Part shown: piece after piece, positions 42,282 to 55,189 of the stretch
Layout: every line of letters starts with the position of its first letter
How positions within the stretch are numbered: position 1 is the first letter of the stretch
Source: Octopus vulgaris
Taxonomy: Eukaryota
Assembly (NCBI GenBank): GCA_951406725.2
Contig: OX597818.1
Location: 138,136,001 to 138,200,000, forward strand
Direction: 5' to 3'
Length of the DNA: 64,000 nucleotides
Notes under the pieces: generated by a model
Told to the model about the DNA's origin: nothing
Database searches by the model: none
What the model saw: only the letters and a program-made list of their open reading frames with translations
Made by a program: the position numbers and the translations under genes

Positions 42282-42490
42282 ACAAAAGCTGTTACTTCAG
42301 AGTTTCACGTTCCCGTTCGTCCAACAGTTTTGTTCTATTTTAACAAAACTGTCCGACGAACGGGAACGTGAAACTCTGAGTAACAGCTTTTGTTATATTT
42401 TCTTCTGCTTTTAAATAAAGCTTATTACTCTACCACTGGTATTTGAGTACTCTTTTTTCCCCCTTGTTTCACATTTATATGCTTACTCCA
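42277..42490. mobile_element. Family B pseudo-LTR-like repeat with inverted duplication (42277-42398)
   Basis: The arms differ at a few positions; spacer ctatttt; flanked by (TA)/(CA) repeats. Confidence 0.75.
42349..42386 (+). ncRNA. Minimal type I hammerhead ribozyme-like motif, family B (U4C core)
   Basis: ctgt|CCGACGA|acg-ggaa-cgt|GAA|act-ctg-agt|A|acag: stems I, II and III all pair, and the cleavage triplet is GUA. Confidence 0.65.
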
Positions 42491-42867
42491 GTATACACAC
42501 ACACACACACACATATATATATAGCAATTTTACTTGGTCCACTCTGCTTGTTAATAATAAAGGGAGTGTGTGAGAGCGAGAGCATGTGTATGTGTACACA
42601 CACACACATTCTTTCTCTCTTATACACACACACACTCTTCTCTCTCTCTATCTCATACACACACACTCTCTCTTTCTCGCTCTCTCTCTTTCCCTCTCTC
42701 TCTTTCTCTCTTTTTCTTTCTTTCTCTTTCTCTCTCTCTCTCACACACACGCTCACACACACACATAAACGCGCGCTCATACACACACATGTTCACTTAT
42801 ACACACACACACATATAAACGCGAGCTCATACGCACACGTTCACTTATACACACACACATATTCACT

Positions 42868-42910
<43 letters not shown>

Positions 42911-43623
42911 CTATGTGTTTATCCATTGCAAGTCTATATACGCATATGTGTGCGCGGGATATACGTCTTTAAGTTTGTCAGTCGGCAGATATGCTATGGC
43001 GTTGGACAGAATGCTCGCAATATTTATTTATTCCGGCTGCCTGCACACAGAACCCAAATTCTGCAGAGACCAGCTTTTGCATTCCGCCTTTTCACGCTCC
43101 ATAAATGATATATCAACACCATTGTTGGTGCAGTGCTCTCACCCTCCAGCTGGTACATTTTCAACATTCCGGTGGATCAACGTTGGGATGTCTATGCCTG
43201 CTCGCGATTGCACCGGCGCCTAAAACAATTGCTGAAAACTCCTAGCTTGGGAGTGACGGCTATGATTTCTTTTGGTTTTCTTTTAGGGAGGTCGTGCAGC
43301 TGATGGAGTCTGTATGAACATTCATGTTTATAAAGCTCACCTTATAACCATGTGGTTTCGGGTTCAGTGCCATGATACCTTTTGAGTGAATTTCTTAGAC
43401 GGAAATTGTGAGAAACCCCGTAACATACATCTAATTTCTTTCTCCCTCCGTTTTTTCCTTTTTCTCTCTATTTTCCCCCTCTCAAATCCCTTCTTTTGAA
43501 GAACATAGGCTTGAAAGGTCGAAGACGTTTCCATTCTTCCCGAGCGTCAAGCTAATACACCTTCTTGTTATTCTTTCACCTGTCTTTTGTTTTCTGTAAA
43601 TTTGAACTCTGTGTGTGTGCGTG

Positions 43624-43678
<55 letters not shown>

Positions 43679-44099
43679 CTTCGTGTATGTATGACTCCTC
43701 ACACGCACACACACACTGCTTGATAACTAGTGTAGATTTGTTTGTCTCCGCAACCTATCGTTTCGGCAAAGAGACAGATAGAATTAGTACTGGGATCGAT
43801 CTGTTCGATTTATACCTTTCAGCGTGGTACCCTAGCATGTCTGAAACGCAATATAAACGATATACCTATATGCACATCAACCTATCGATCCATCCATGCA
43901 TGCACACACATATACACATACACGTGTGCATTGTGTGTCTGTAATATGCATGTCTGTGTGCGCGTGCACGAACGAAGTACACTGCGTGCGAGAAAAGCAG
44001 CGTGTCTGTACGTGAAGGTATGGCGGAATACGCTGTGATGGGTCTTGGTGTTACTCACTGACATACACAAATACACACGCATACACGAAAGTATTTTGT

Positions 44100-44151
44100 G
44101 AGGTGATGATAATGATCGCGATGGCGCCGACGACGAGGCCGATGGCGATAT

Positions 44152-44195
<44 letters not shown>

Positions 44196-44990
44196 GCAAA
44201 GATGGGGATGATGGTGATGATGACGATGACAACGACGACGATAATGATGATGATGACGACGAAGTCGATGACGATGACGCCGAGGCGGACGATGATCAGG
44301 AGGAGAAGGAGGAGGGTGACGGCGATGACGATGATGGTGATGACTACCATGATGGCGAAGATGGTGATGACAACGACGACCGACGACGATGATGTTGGTT
44401 AACAACGTCGACGATAATGATGATGATTATGACGACTACCACAGCGACGACGACGACGACCACCACCACCACTACCGCGACGACCACCACCATTACCACG
44501 ACGGCCACCACTATAGCGACGACGACCACCACTACCACTACCGTGACGACCACCTCTACTACCGCGACGACGACTACCACCCACTACCACCACAACCGAC
44601 ACCATCACTACCGCAACGACAACCACCACCACGACCGCGACGACCACCACCATCGCGACGACCACCACTACCACGACGACCACCACCATCGCGACGACCA
44701 CCACTACCACGACGACCACCACCGCGACGACCACCACCACCACCACTACCGCAACGACCACCACTACTACCGCAACGACGACCACCACCACTACCGCGAC
44801 GACCACCACCATCGCGACGACCATCACTACCGCGACGACCACCACCACCACCACTACCGCAACGACCACCACTACTACCGCAACGACGACCACCACCACT
44901 ACCGCGACGACCACCACCATCGCGACGACCACCACTACCGCGATGACCACCACCACCGCGACGATAATCATGACGATAACGTTGATGATA
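44100..44990 (+). repeat. Cryptic trinucleotide repeat region (GAT/GAC/CAC/TAC) with higher-order duplications
   Basis: Direct reading; open in many frames only because of low complexity. Confidence 0.9.
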
Positions 44991-45495
44991 GACAACGAAA
45001 ATTTTAGGAAAATAAAAATAAGGAAAAAGTGGAAATTTTACCGGAGATTGTGTTAAATAATAAGGCACAAAAAGAAAATGACTCTCCCCAGACACAACAA
45101 AATATGCTTCAACACACCAACTCATATAAAGAATCTTGCAAACCAAATCCCAAAACGAAGTTATTAGATTGTTGAACTTTTAGCGTGATGTTCTCGCTGT
45201 TGTAATTTGTGATGTTTCTTTTACGAGTGGATTTGGATGCATGTTGGCCGCTGTTGCTGTCGTTTAGCCCCAGGTCAGTCAGAGCTGACGAGCAGTCTAT
45301 GATCAAAGGTTTTTATATCTGTGAGGGAGAGAGAGGAGGGAGAGATTCAGGGAGACGCATGGTTGTGTGGGGGAGAGACTGTATGCGGGAGAGACAGTTT
45401 GTACATGTGTGTGTGTGTCTGTGTCTGTGTGTGTGTGTCTGTGTGTGTGTGTCTGTGTGTGTCTGTGTGTGTGTGTGTGTGTCTGTGTGTGTGTG

Positions 45496-45526
<31 letters not shown>

Positions 45527-45655
45527 ATCTGTGTGTGTGTGTGTGTGTGTGTGTCTGTGTGTGTCAGTGTGTCTGTGTGTGTGTAAATGAGAGAGATTTT
45601 ATGTGTTTGTGTGAGTGTGTAGGAAAAGGAGAAGCAGAGGAGAGACAGGCAGACA

Positions 45656-45698
<43 letters not shown>

Positions 45699-46029
45699 TG
45701 TGTCTGTGTGTGCGTGCGCAAGAAAGTCTGTGCATGTGCCTCTGTGTTGGAGAGACGGACAGGGAGAGAAACTGCGTATCTATGCGTATACATGTATGTA
45801 TGTGTGTGTGTGTTGTGTGTGTAAATGGTGAATATGTGTGTGTGTGTGCCGATAAATATGTTTGTATTTATATATGTGTGTGTGTATGCGTGTGTGTGTG
45901 TGCGAGTGTATATACATATACATATATATGTAAGTCTCTCTCCCTCCAGCACCACCACTACCTGGTCAATATATCGAAAGCAATACCGATTTCAAATTTT
46001 CGCACAATGCCAGCAATGTTTGATGCTGA

Positions 46030-46400
46030 GGAGATAAGTCGACTACGCCGACCCCAGTGTTCAAGTGGTACTTATTTTATCAAACCCGAAAAGATGAAAG
46101 ACAAAGTCGACCTCTGTGGACGAAATGCCGCTAAGCATTTTGCCTGGCGGGTTAACGATTCTGCCAGCTCGCCGCCTTTATATATTTTGAATGTAATTTG
46201 GGTTTCAAACTTTTGCACAAAGCTGGGGAGAGGTCGATTACATCGACCCCAGTACACAATTGCTATTTGTTTTTTATCGACCCCGAAGGGATGAAAGGCA
46301 AAGGCGACCTCGGCGGAATTTAAACTCAGAACGTAAAGACAGACGAAATAACGCTAAGCATTTTGCCCGGCGTGCTAACGCTTCCGCCAGCTCGCCGCCT
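46030..46400 (-). mobile_element. Two tandem SINE family 1 copies
   Basis: Two heads, ccagctcgccgcc, ending at about 46177 and 46399. Confidence 0.8.
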
Positions 46401-46854
46401 GATTATCAAATGTAAAAATGTCAGGTGAAGAACACCAGCTTAAGTCTCTGTCCTTTGAAATTGTCATAAAAAGAACTCACTTCTCACTAGCTCAGTCTTC
46501 TTGCTTACAGCCAAGTACTACAATCAGTAGAACTACTGAATAATTAACTAATCCTTATTCAATTTAGTGCACATTATCAATTTTTTTATATAATATTTTT
46601 GCATGGCAATTTTTGAACTATGGCGTCGTTACTTACAGGTTCCCAATGGATCACTTATTGGTTCACTGGAGTTCCGCCAGCGATAATTCGCAAGTGTCTG
46701 AAATTCGGTGTAGAACTATTATCTCAAGGGATTTAGTTTGAAAGCATTAATTAATTTATTAGTTGTTCTTTCCAAATTTTATATTCTTGCCGGTATACTT
46801 CACATAACATATGTGCGTGTGTGTGTATGTATGTATGCACACATCCATTTCCAA

Positions 46855-46921
<67 letters not shown>

Positions 46922-47499
46922 CATGTATGTATGTATATTAGAGGCAACTCCAGGTCATCACCGTGACTCAGGCTCATCACAGATTTCGCTCGAAGAATTT
47001 CAGGTTTTCCTGCATTATTTCTAGCTCCAAATGGCTTGTTTTTTTTATATCTAACACCATGTCTTCCTCCATTTCTAAGTTAAGGCTAAAAAATAAGGCA
47101 ACCCTGAAAAACACAACTGATCTTTACACACAAACACGCAGAATAACAGCAATCAAATAACGACAGCGGAGTGCACAACAAACAACAGTGATCTGACTGT
47201 TGCCTGTACTCTTGACAGGAGATACCAGTTAGTCTTTTACACCTACCAGGCTCGTTCGTATTAGCTCGAGTTGCAGGATAATTTTTCGTTCCTTTAAGAA
47301 TATTGTAGAACGGAAACTTTTCATAGACTGGAATTTAAATCCTAAGCTCTATAGAAATTTATTGTTTCAAGAAAACATTGAATTTGAATTACTTTTAATT
47401 TTTACGATTATAGATAATAACTCGGGCTGTAACCTCTGAGCCTGAGTCAGGCGCGTGTGAACGATGTCGAGAGAACGTCTGCTACGAATGATATTTTTT

Positions 47500-47690
47500 G
47501 ATAAAGGTGAAAAAAAGAGTACTGATATACCAGAGGTAGAGTAATATGCTTTATTTAAAAGCAGCAGCAATTTAACAAAAGCTGTTACTCGGAGTTTCAC
47601 GTTCCCGTTCGTCGGACAGTTCCGAACGGGAACGTGAAACTCCGAGTAGCAGCTTTTGTTAAATTTCTGCTGCTTTTAAATAAAGTATAT
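47500..47690. mobile_element. Family B pseudo-LTR-like repeat with inverted duplication (47549-47685)
   Basis: Complete motif on the minus arm; the plus arm starts inside the motif at 47623; (TA)n flank. Confidence 0.75.
47582..47619 (-). ncRNA. Minimal type I hammerhead ribozyme-like motif, family B (U4C core)
   Basis: Reverse complement reads ctgt|CCGACGA|acg-ggaa-cgt|GAA|act-ccg-agt|A|acag. Confidence 0.65.
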
Positions 47691-47812
47691 ATATATATAT
47701 ATATATAATCAATATAGGGTGGCAAAAAAAAAAAAAATTTTGTAGAATTCTTTTGCCACCAGCGGCCTAGTAGGAAAAAATTAAATAGTCATAGACCATT
47801 TTTAAGTTTAAC

Positions 47813-48054
47813 ATCAACAATCAAGGAACGGCCATAATAGGCCATTCACCCACTAGAAATAACAGCCAAAGCTTCAACCGCAAGTAAAAGTTAATTCTGT
47901 AAACCAGGAGAAAATTTTAAAAAAAGAAATTACAGGGTAAATGTTTTTTAAATTTTCTCCTGGTTTACAGAATTAACTTTTACTTGCGGTTGAAGCTTTG
48001 GCTGTTATTTCTAGTGGGTGAATGGCCTATTATGGCCGTTCCTTGATTGTTGAT
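47813..48054. repeat. Near-perfect inverted repeat, about 105-bp arms, flanked by (TA)n
   Basis: atcaacaatcaaggaacggcc...ggagaaaattt / aaattttctcc...ggccgttccttgattgttgat. Confidence 0.9.
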
Positions 48055-48077
48055 ATATATATATATATATATATATA

Positions 48078-49344
48078 AGGTGTCCTTAAAGTATCTTCAC
48101 AATTTCAAAGCTTTATTACAAAAGTAAATAAATACTTAAATCTGTGGAAATTATTACAAAATGAGGAGTAGACATAGAAGTTTTGTTGCCTCATTTAATA
48201 CATCTCTATATGGAGACCATTAGTTGCACGAAACGCATCAAGACGCTGTAGCATGGCCTTTCCAATGGTGACAAAGGCATCAGTGATCCTTTGCTTCAGG
48301 TCGTTGATGTCCCGTGTCTTTATTCGATACACGATGTCTTTAACATAATCTATAGAAAAAAGTCCAAGGGAGGGATATCCGAGGAACGAGTTGGCCAAGA
48401 AACTGGGCCATCCCTTCCAATCCACCGGTCTGGAAATGTTCGATTAAGGAGCCTACGAACATGCAGTCCCGAATGTGGTGGTGCACCACCATCCTGCTGG
48501 AAAATAATGGTTGGGTGAAGGTCAACCAGTTGTGGTGCCACATTTTACCAGTCAAAAGGTCAAGTTAAACATTTGTAGAAATTGATCTCTGTGAAGAAAA
48601 ATGAACCAATGATTCGATTGCACATCATCTCACACCAGACATTCACCCCTAGTCATGTGGGGGTGTTCTGATCCCCAGATCCCCACATTATGCGTGTTCA
48701 ATTTCCCTGAAGCATGTAAGGTTGCTTCATCACTTAAATAAAAGCGGGTGAAGAAAGCTGCATTCTCAGAAATTTGTTCCAGCATGTTAACTGCAAACTC
48801 TTTTCGTCTTGGTTTATCATTTGGTTCGAGCGCCTGTAAGGGTTGCACTTGTAAAGTACAATCGCCAGTTCTTGTATACGACTTTGTACACTGTTGAACG
48901 TGCTAACTGTAACCGTCTGGCAGCAGTACGTATGAACTTTGTAGGAGAACTAGCAATGGCTTGTCTTACACGATCGATGTTTTCCTCAGATAATTTTGGT
49001 CGTGCACTCCTCTCTTTATCCAACACTTGTTCCTGTTTCCATAAATTTTTTGTGCCATGCACGAATTGACGGACGCAACGGCGGATGTCATCCAGAGTTA
49101 ATCCAGTAGTTTCGCTGAGTCTGCGTGTCCGATTTTATTTCAATAAACCACGATAGACGTTGTGCCTTCTCTTTTGGGATGTGTTTCATTTAACAGAACC
49201 TTTTCTGTCAGCAGGGTATCTGAAAAACACAAATGCAGTGTGGTTAAAAACTTTGATAACCACTGAGTAGATAAAACACATCTGATAAGCATATCCTATC
49301 AATTACATTAGTAATGAATTTTTGAAATTGTAAATATATTTTAT

Positions 49345-49349
<5 letters not shown>
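48078..49349 (-). mobile_element. Near full-length decayed Tc1/mariner-superfamily transposon, rosa/DD41D type
   Basis: Imperfect TIRs (gtcc.taaa.ta..t..acaatttcaaa) between (TA)n. Frameshifted transposase motifs: RSARPKLSEENIDRVR, SDEATLH.SGKLNTHN..IWGSE.PH, IIFQQDGGAPPH, FPDRWIGR.GPVSWPTRSSDIPPLDFFL. There are 42 residues between the last two Asp, including one apparently duplicated Gly. Confidence 0.88.
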
Positions 49350-49437
<88 letters not shown>

Positions 49438-51046
49438 AGTCAAAAGACAAATAAAAGAAGCCCTCAACGCATTTTATAGGAGTCACATCTATTATTATTT
49501 AAAACAGTTTGATTCAGTTTGAATTAATCATGTATAAAGTAGCTTCGAGATTTCGATGACGTGTGTGGTACGTGTGAGGGGCCGAATCTGGCCGGTTTGA
49601 ACAGTAAAACACGTAGAATATTTGGGTCTGATATCGCGGGTTTAAATACTAAACGCTTAAAGATTTCTGGTTCGTATATTTAGAGATTTCTGGGGACAGA
49701 TTAAGGGTTACTTGAAGCAAACTATGGAATGCTGGGTAGTAAAAACAGTAGGACCGGACAAAATACTTTGTGGTATTGGATACCTTTACTTTAAGTTTAA
49801 AGGTTATTTAGGTTTCCTGGGTCAGCTTACACATAACTTCTCTATAAGTCAGTGGTCATGTATAAATACTAGAAAGAAGTCGATGAACGATCAAATCGAA
49901 AGGAGGCGCGCCAGACAATATCTGGTGGCATTTAGTGCAAATCTGAAGTCGTAAGTTCAAGTCTCTCTTGGGTTCACTTTTCTCTTTCGTCTTTCCGAAG
50001 TCGATTAAATAAAAATTTATCATATTCTGGGGTCGATTTACTCAACTTCAGTGTTTGTCTTCTACAATATGTAGTTTTGAAGTCTCTGTCAGCAATCAAG
50101 AGAAATTAATTACCAGAAAATTAGGCAACCCAAATTAGATAATTAGACTAGTAAGAGAGCTGTAGTGGGTGGCAGGGCAGCGAATTAAATTCTCTATCTC
50201 TATGATTTGAGTTCAAACCATACGCAGGTTTCATGTTCACTGTGATTCATTCAATTAAAGTAATTTTAAGATAAAAACAACAAGTGCGCGTGTTGTATGG
50301 TTGACAGGATCTTTTCATAGAAGTGTTTGAATGACAAAACAAAGAGAAAGAGAGAAGGGAGGGAGGGAGGGAAGAAGGGGGTTTTCTCTACCGCCACCAC
50401 TTTCACTAGCAACAGGGCGTTAGCTTTAAGATTGACAGATTAGGAAAAAGAGGGAGAGAGGATGTCTGGCAGACGCACGTGTGTAGTGCAGGGTAGGTAC
50501 AATTACGTCGGTAATCTGATTAGAAGCGTGGGTAGCAAAGGCATTGTGATAATAATGGAAGCGGTTAAGACATGCGTCTGTATGTGTGTGCGTGTGTATG
50601 TGTAGGGGGCCCGGGATGGGATCGAGGTGGGGGGTTGCTTATTGTCAAAAATATTATATTACAAAATTGTAATGTTCGTTGATTTAAAGGGAATTATATT
50701 TTAATGTTCTACACAAGAAATACACGAAAAGAGAGAAAAAAAAATGGCAAAATTCTAAGACGACATATTGTGATAATGATTCAAATATTTTTTTTCCTTG
50801 CAATATGTTTAGAAAGAAAATTTCACCCGGAAATCATCTGTGTAAATAGATACTGCTGTCAATTGGTGTATTCTGCGGCGGGTGAGGAGCGGGGTTTGGG
50901 GTTGGAGGTGGGGTTAAGATATATCATTTTTGCCAATGGTTTATCACACCTCGAACTCGTGTGGTTATTGATTACTCGCTTATCACTTAATTGTGTGGAT
51001 AAAAATATCAAAAACTACCCGTTATGTCTCTGTTTCTCTCTCTGTC

Positions 51047-51086
<40 letters not shown>

Positions 51087-51269
51087 GCGTGTATGCGTGC
51101 CTGTGTATGTGCGCGTTTGTATGTGTGTGTGTGAGTGCCCGCGCGCTTGAAGATCTCGTTCACCTACAGCTGAAACTCAGAGTAACAAGAAACTGATTCG
51201 ACCAAAATTAGATATTCTTAATCTCTACTTTGGTATTGAGTACTCTTTCTTATGACCACTAAACGTGTA

Positions 51270-51300
<31 letters not shown>

Positions 51301-51304
51301 TACA

Positions 51305-51675
51305 TGGACTGCGGCCATGCTGGAGCACCGCCTTTAGTCGAGCAAATCGACCCCGGGACTTATTCTTTGTAAGCCCAGTACTTATTCTATCGGTCTCTTT
51401 TACCGAACCACTAAGTTACGGGGACGCAAACACACCAGCATCGGTTGTCAAGCAATGCTAGGGGGACAAACACAGACACACAAACACACACACACATACA
51501 TATATACATATACATATATACGACAGGCTTCTTTCAGTCTCCGTCTACCAAATCCACTCACAAGGCATTGGTCGGCCCGGGGCTATAGCAGAAGACACTT
51601 GCCCAAGATGCCACGCAGTGGGACTGAACCCGGAACCATGTGGTTGGTAAGCAAGCTACTTACCACACAGCCACT
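51305..51675 (-). mobile_element. SINE family 2
   Basis: Family 2 consensus. Confidence 0.85.
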
Positions 51676-52546
51676 CACACACACAATATCTTTCAATAAA
51701 CTTCGCTGTGTATTTATATATATATTCTTTTGTCGCCCGTTTAATGTGTACGTATACATTTATCGCATACTTCAGAGGTATCACTAACGAAGTGACTTTC
51801 GAATCCAGTTCTCTTTAGAGGCAAAAATGCACATCGTATTTACTATTTTCCAAGAAAATCTGGTTGGAGATAGATTTTTAACCAAAAAAAAAAATGTTTT
51901 AATTAAAGATCTGTTCATTTAAGCTTGAAATTAAATGCGTAACAAAAAACTACGAAAGATTACGTCATTCCAGCTATGTTCACAAAAAAGTCAAATTAAG
52001 GAATGACTAAATAGTGTTCAGTAATGTTTAATACACTTGCAAATGAATAGACATAGTATTTTAAATATATATCATATATAAGTATTGCAAATAAGTATTT
52101 TTCCTACGTGAAAATGTAACATGTTTCCAATGAAAACTCATTTATATTAACAATAGGAAATATTTATGCAGTGAACGTAGATTGAATAAAATTTGCTTAT
52201 TGTGATGTATGTATATTTCACCATAACTCTATTATATATATTGGGCATGTCGTAATGATATTTAATATTATACGTGTATGGAGAGTATGCTACATTGATT
52301 ATTCATAAAAAATACTGCATTGATCATAACTTAGCCTAACAACATATATTGTGTAGTAATAAATCTATATAAAATACATGGAATGTGCGTTATGTCAAGG
52401 CATTTATAAATAACAGCCTCTGCTTATTTCTTTTGAAATGCTGCCACCTTTATACTGCAGAAGTATATTAGTGTGTGTGTGCGTGTGCGTGTGTGTGCGC
52501 GCATGTTTATATGTGTGTGCGTGCGTGAGTGTATGTGTGTATATGC

Positions 52547-52714
52547 GCAGAAGTGGCTGTGTGGTAAGTAGATTGCTAACCAACCATATGGTTGTGGGTT
52601 CAGTCCCACTGCGTGGCATCTTGGGCAAGTGTCTTCTGCTATAGCCCCGGGCCAACCAATGCCTTGTGAGTGGATTTGGTAGACGGAAACTGAAAGAAGC
52701 CTGTCGTATATATG

Positions 52715-52784
<70 letters not shown>

Positions 52785-52987
52785 TGTATGTGTTTGTCCC
52801 CCTAGCATTGCTTGACAACCGATGCTGGTGTGTTTACGTCCCCGTTACTTAGCGGTTCGGCAAAAGAGACAGATAGAATAAGTACTGGGCTTACAAAGAA
52901 TAAGTCCCGGGGTCGATTTGCTCGACTAAAGGCGGTGCTCCAGCATGGCCGCAGTCAAATGACTGAAACAAGTAAAAGAGTAAAGAG
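52547..52987 (+). mobile_element. SINE family 2, full length
   Basis: Family 2 consensus with an expanded internal (TA)(TG) tract. Confidence 0.85.
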
Positions 52988-53381
52988 TATGTGTTTGTGC
53001 GTGTGTGTATGCGTGCGTGTGTGAATGCATGTACGCGTGTATGTGTGTGTGTATGTGCGTGTGTGTGTATGCGTATGCGCGCATGTGTGTTTGAAGGAGA
53101 AAGATAGTGGTTGTAGTTTCCTCCTGACTCTTCTGAAGACTTCTGTTTTAGTTTCTAAACCTTGGGTATTATCGTGGTGGTGGTCACCAGATTTGGTTCT
53201 CGGTTTTGTGGACCACACCAGGCTAGAAACAGTTTTCCATAACTTTTCGCCTTATCTCTGGAGGCTTTCCACTTGGCGTTTGCCACTGGAATGCCGTCCC
53301 TAAAACTCATGCCTCAATCTGACATTGGTACTGATTTCCCGCTACCCTCCAAAATATAATAATACCCAGCAGAACAATATG

Positions 53382-53613
53382 TATTTCTTTACTACCCACA
53401 AGGGGCTAAACACAGAGGGGACAAACAAGGACAGACAAACGGAGTAAGTCGATTATATCGACCCCAGTGCTTAACTGGCACTTAATTTATCGACCCCGAA
53501 AGGATGAAAGGCAAAGTCGACCTCGGCGGAATTTTGAACTCAGAACGTAACAGCAGACAAAATACTACTAAGCATTTCGCCCGGCGCGCTAACGTTTCTG
53601 CCAGCTCGCCGCC
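53382..53613 (-). mobile_element. SINE family 1, full length, tail type 1
   Basis: TSD ccagcagaacaatatg at 53366-53381 and 53612-53627. Confidence 0.9.
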
Positions 53614-54149
53614 AGCAGAACAATATGGCCAGCAGTCGTCATTTCTACATAAGTACTACTTACTTGAGAGGGCGCGTGACCTTGTGGTAAGGCATGCGTG
53701 ATTTCTCGACCTTCCTGGAAATAGTAGCAAAATCCCACTCAAATCGCACCTTATCATCTTAAAAGTAAGAACATACTAGATAATAAAAACTATCCAAGGG
53801 ACACTATGAGTTCGAGCTCGAAGAGTTTCATTCCAGCAGCAATTTAAGCCATTTTTCCGGTTTCGCGCATGTCCCTAGCGTTTCATGTTCCCTACCTTGT
53901 GGTTGTCTCTGGTGGGAGAAGCTTGTTCCATATCGTAGCTTCCATTCGGCTTTTATTACGTACCTCTTATTGCCAGACCCAGTTTCGTGTGTTGCATTGT
54001 TGGCGTTTCAGTAGCAATATAGAAAATTGATAGTGCAGGACCGCTAACCCTATGCCTACATCCTCCGTCTTTATTTCAACCGAGCTTGGGTCTGGCTATG
54101 CTGAAGCTTTGATCGATGGTTACGTTTGTTAAACGTAACGAATCACTAA

Positions 54150-54530
54150 ATTCTCCATCGACAAAAGCCAGACGTTTGTGAAAAAATGTCTCCGGAAGAT
54201 CCTTCAGATGAGATGGCCAGACAGACTCACAAAGAACTGCAGGAAAAGATGAACCAGTAACCTATTAAAACTCAGGTGAAGAAGAAGAAATGGGATTGGC
54301 TGGGACATATCCAGCGGAAACCTGTTCTCAACATTATAAAGCAAACCTTCAGAAAGATATCCCTAGAGAGACGAAAGTGTAGCAGACCAAAACTAACATG
54401 GGTATGGTCTACAGAAACTGAAGTACTAGCAGGTGGCTGCACCTGGGGGACGACTGCAATGCATTGCCAAAGATCGAGACAGATGGAGATCTCTTGTTGG
54501 TGCCTTTTGCTCCTCATAGAGTCAAAGGAA
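54150..54530 (+). mobile_element. RTE-clade LINE 3' fragment
   Basis: QTFVKKCLRKILQMRWPD...VKKKKWDWLGHIQRKP..NIIKQ...RPKLTW. Confidence 0.8.
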
Positions 54531-54780
54531 TTAATACATATTGTGACTGGACGGAATATTTTTGGTCATAGGTTTGCTGGCACAGGATTTGACCTAGGGC
54601 TAAATAACAACACTAATAGAAATAAATGGACGATGACAGAAAGAAGAAATTGAAGGGGTAGTAAGGAAGGAAAGAAGGAAAGAAGGAAGGGGTGCTGAAA
54701 GAGATAAACAAATGAAAGGAGCGAAAAAGTAAACATCAGGCACCACGTTATTTTCATTCTCTCTTTATTTCCTCTTATTC

Positions 54781-54816
54781 CTTTCTGTTGAAGAGCGTAG
54801 GCTCGAAATGTAAAAG
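54781..54816 (+). ncRNA. Minimal hammerhead-like motif, family A (stem III mutated to atgt)
   Basis: cttt|CTGTTGA|a|gagc-gtag-gctc|GAA|atgt|A|aaag. Confidence 0.5.
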
Positions 54817-55189
54817 ACTTTCCCATTTTTCCCGAGCATCAAACTAATACACTTGCTTGTTGTCCCTACACCTGTTTTCGTCCTTGTTTTTCTATAAATT
54901 TGAACTAAGAAAAGTAAATGTAATGAATAAAGAAAATAAAGAACAAACGAATGATTGAATGAAATGAGTGAAGGAAGGGAGGAAGAAAAATAATGAGGAG
55001 AGTGATGAGGAAGAAACAGAAGAAATATTAGAAGAAATATACTTTAAGGGGAGAGAAGTGAAACGGATGAATGATATTAGTAAGTTTATAACTAAATGAA
55101 GGCCGAAAGAAATTGGCGGACGGAATGAAGAGTATAACAGAATGAATGAAAGAACTAAGGAAACGTGGGAGGGAAAGAATGAATGTGTA

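Noticed and set aside
42960-43340. Unique-looking stretch with a 102-aa ORF (42915-43223)
   Set aside because: No recognisable domain or splice signals, and the ORF starts in a repeat; possibly an old LINE remnant.
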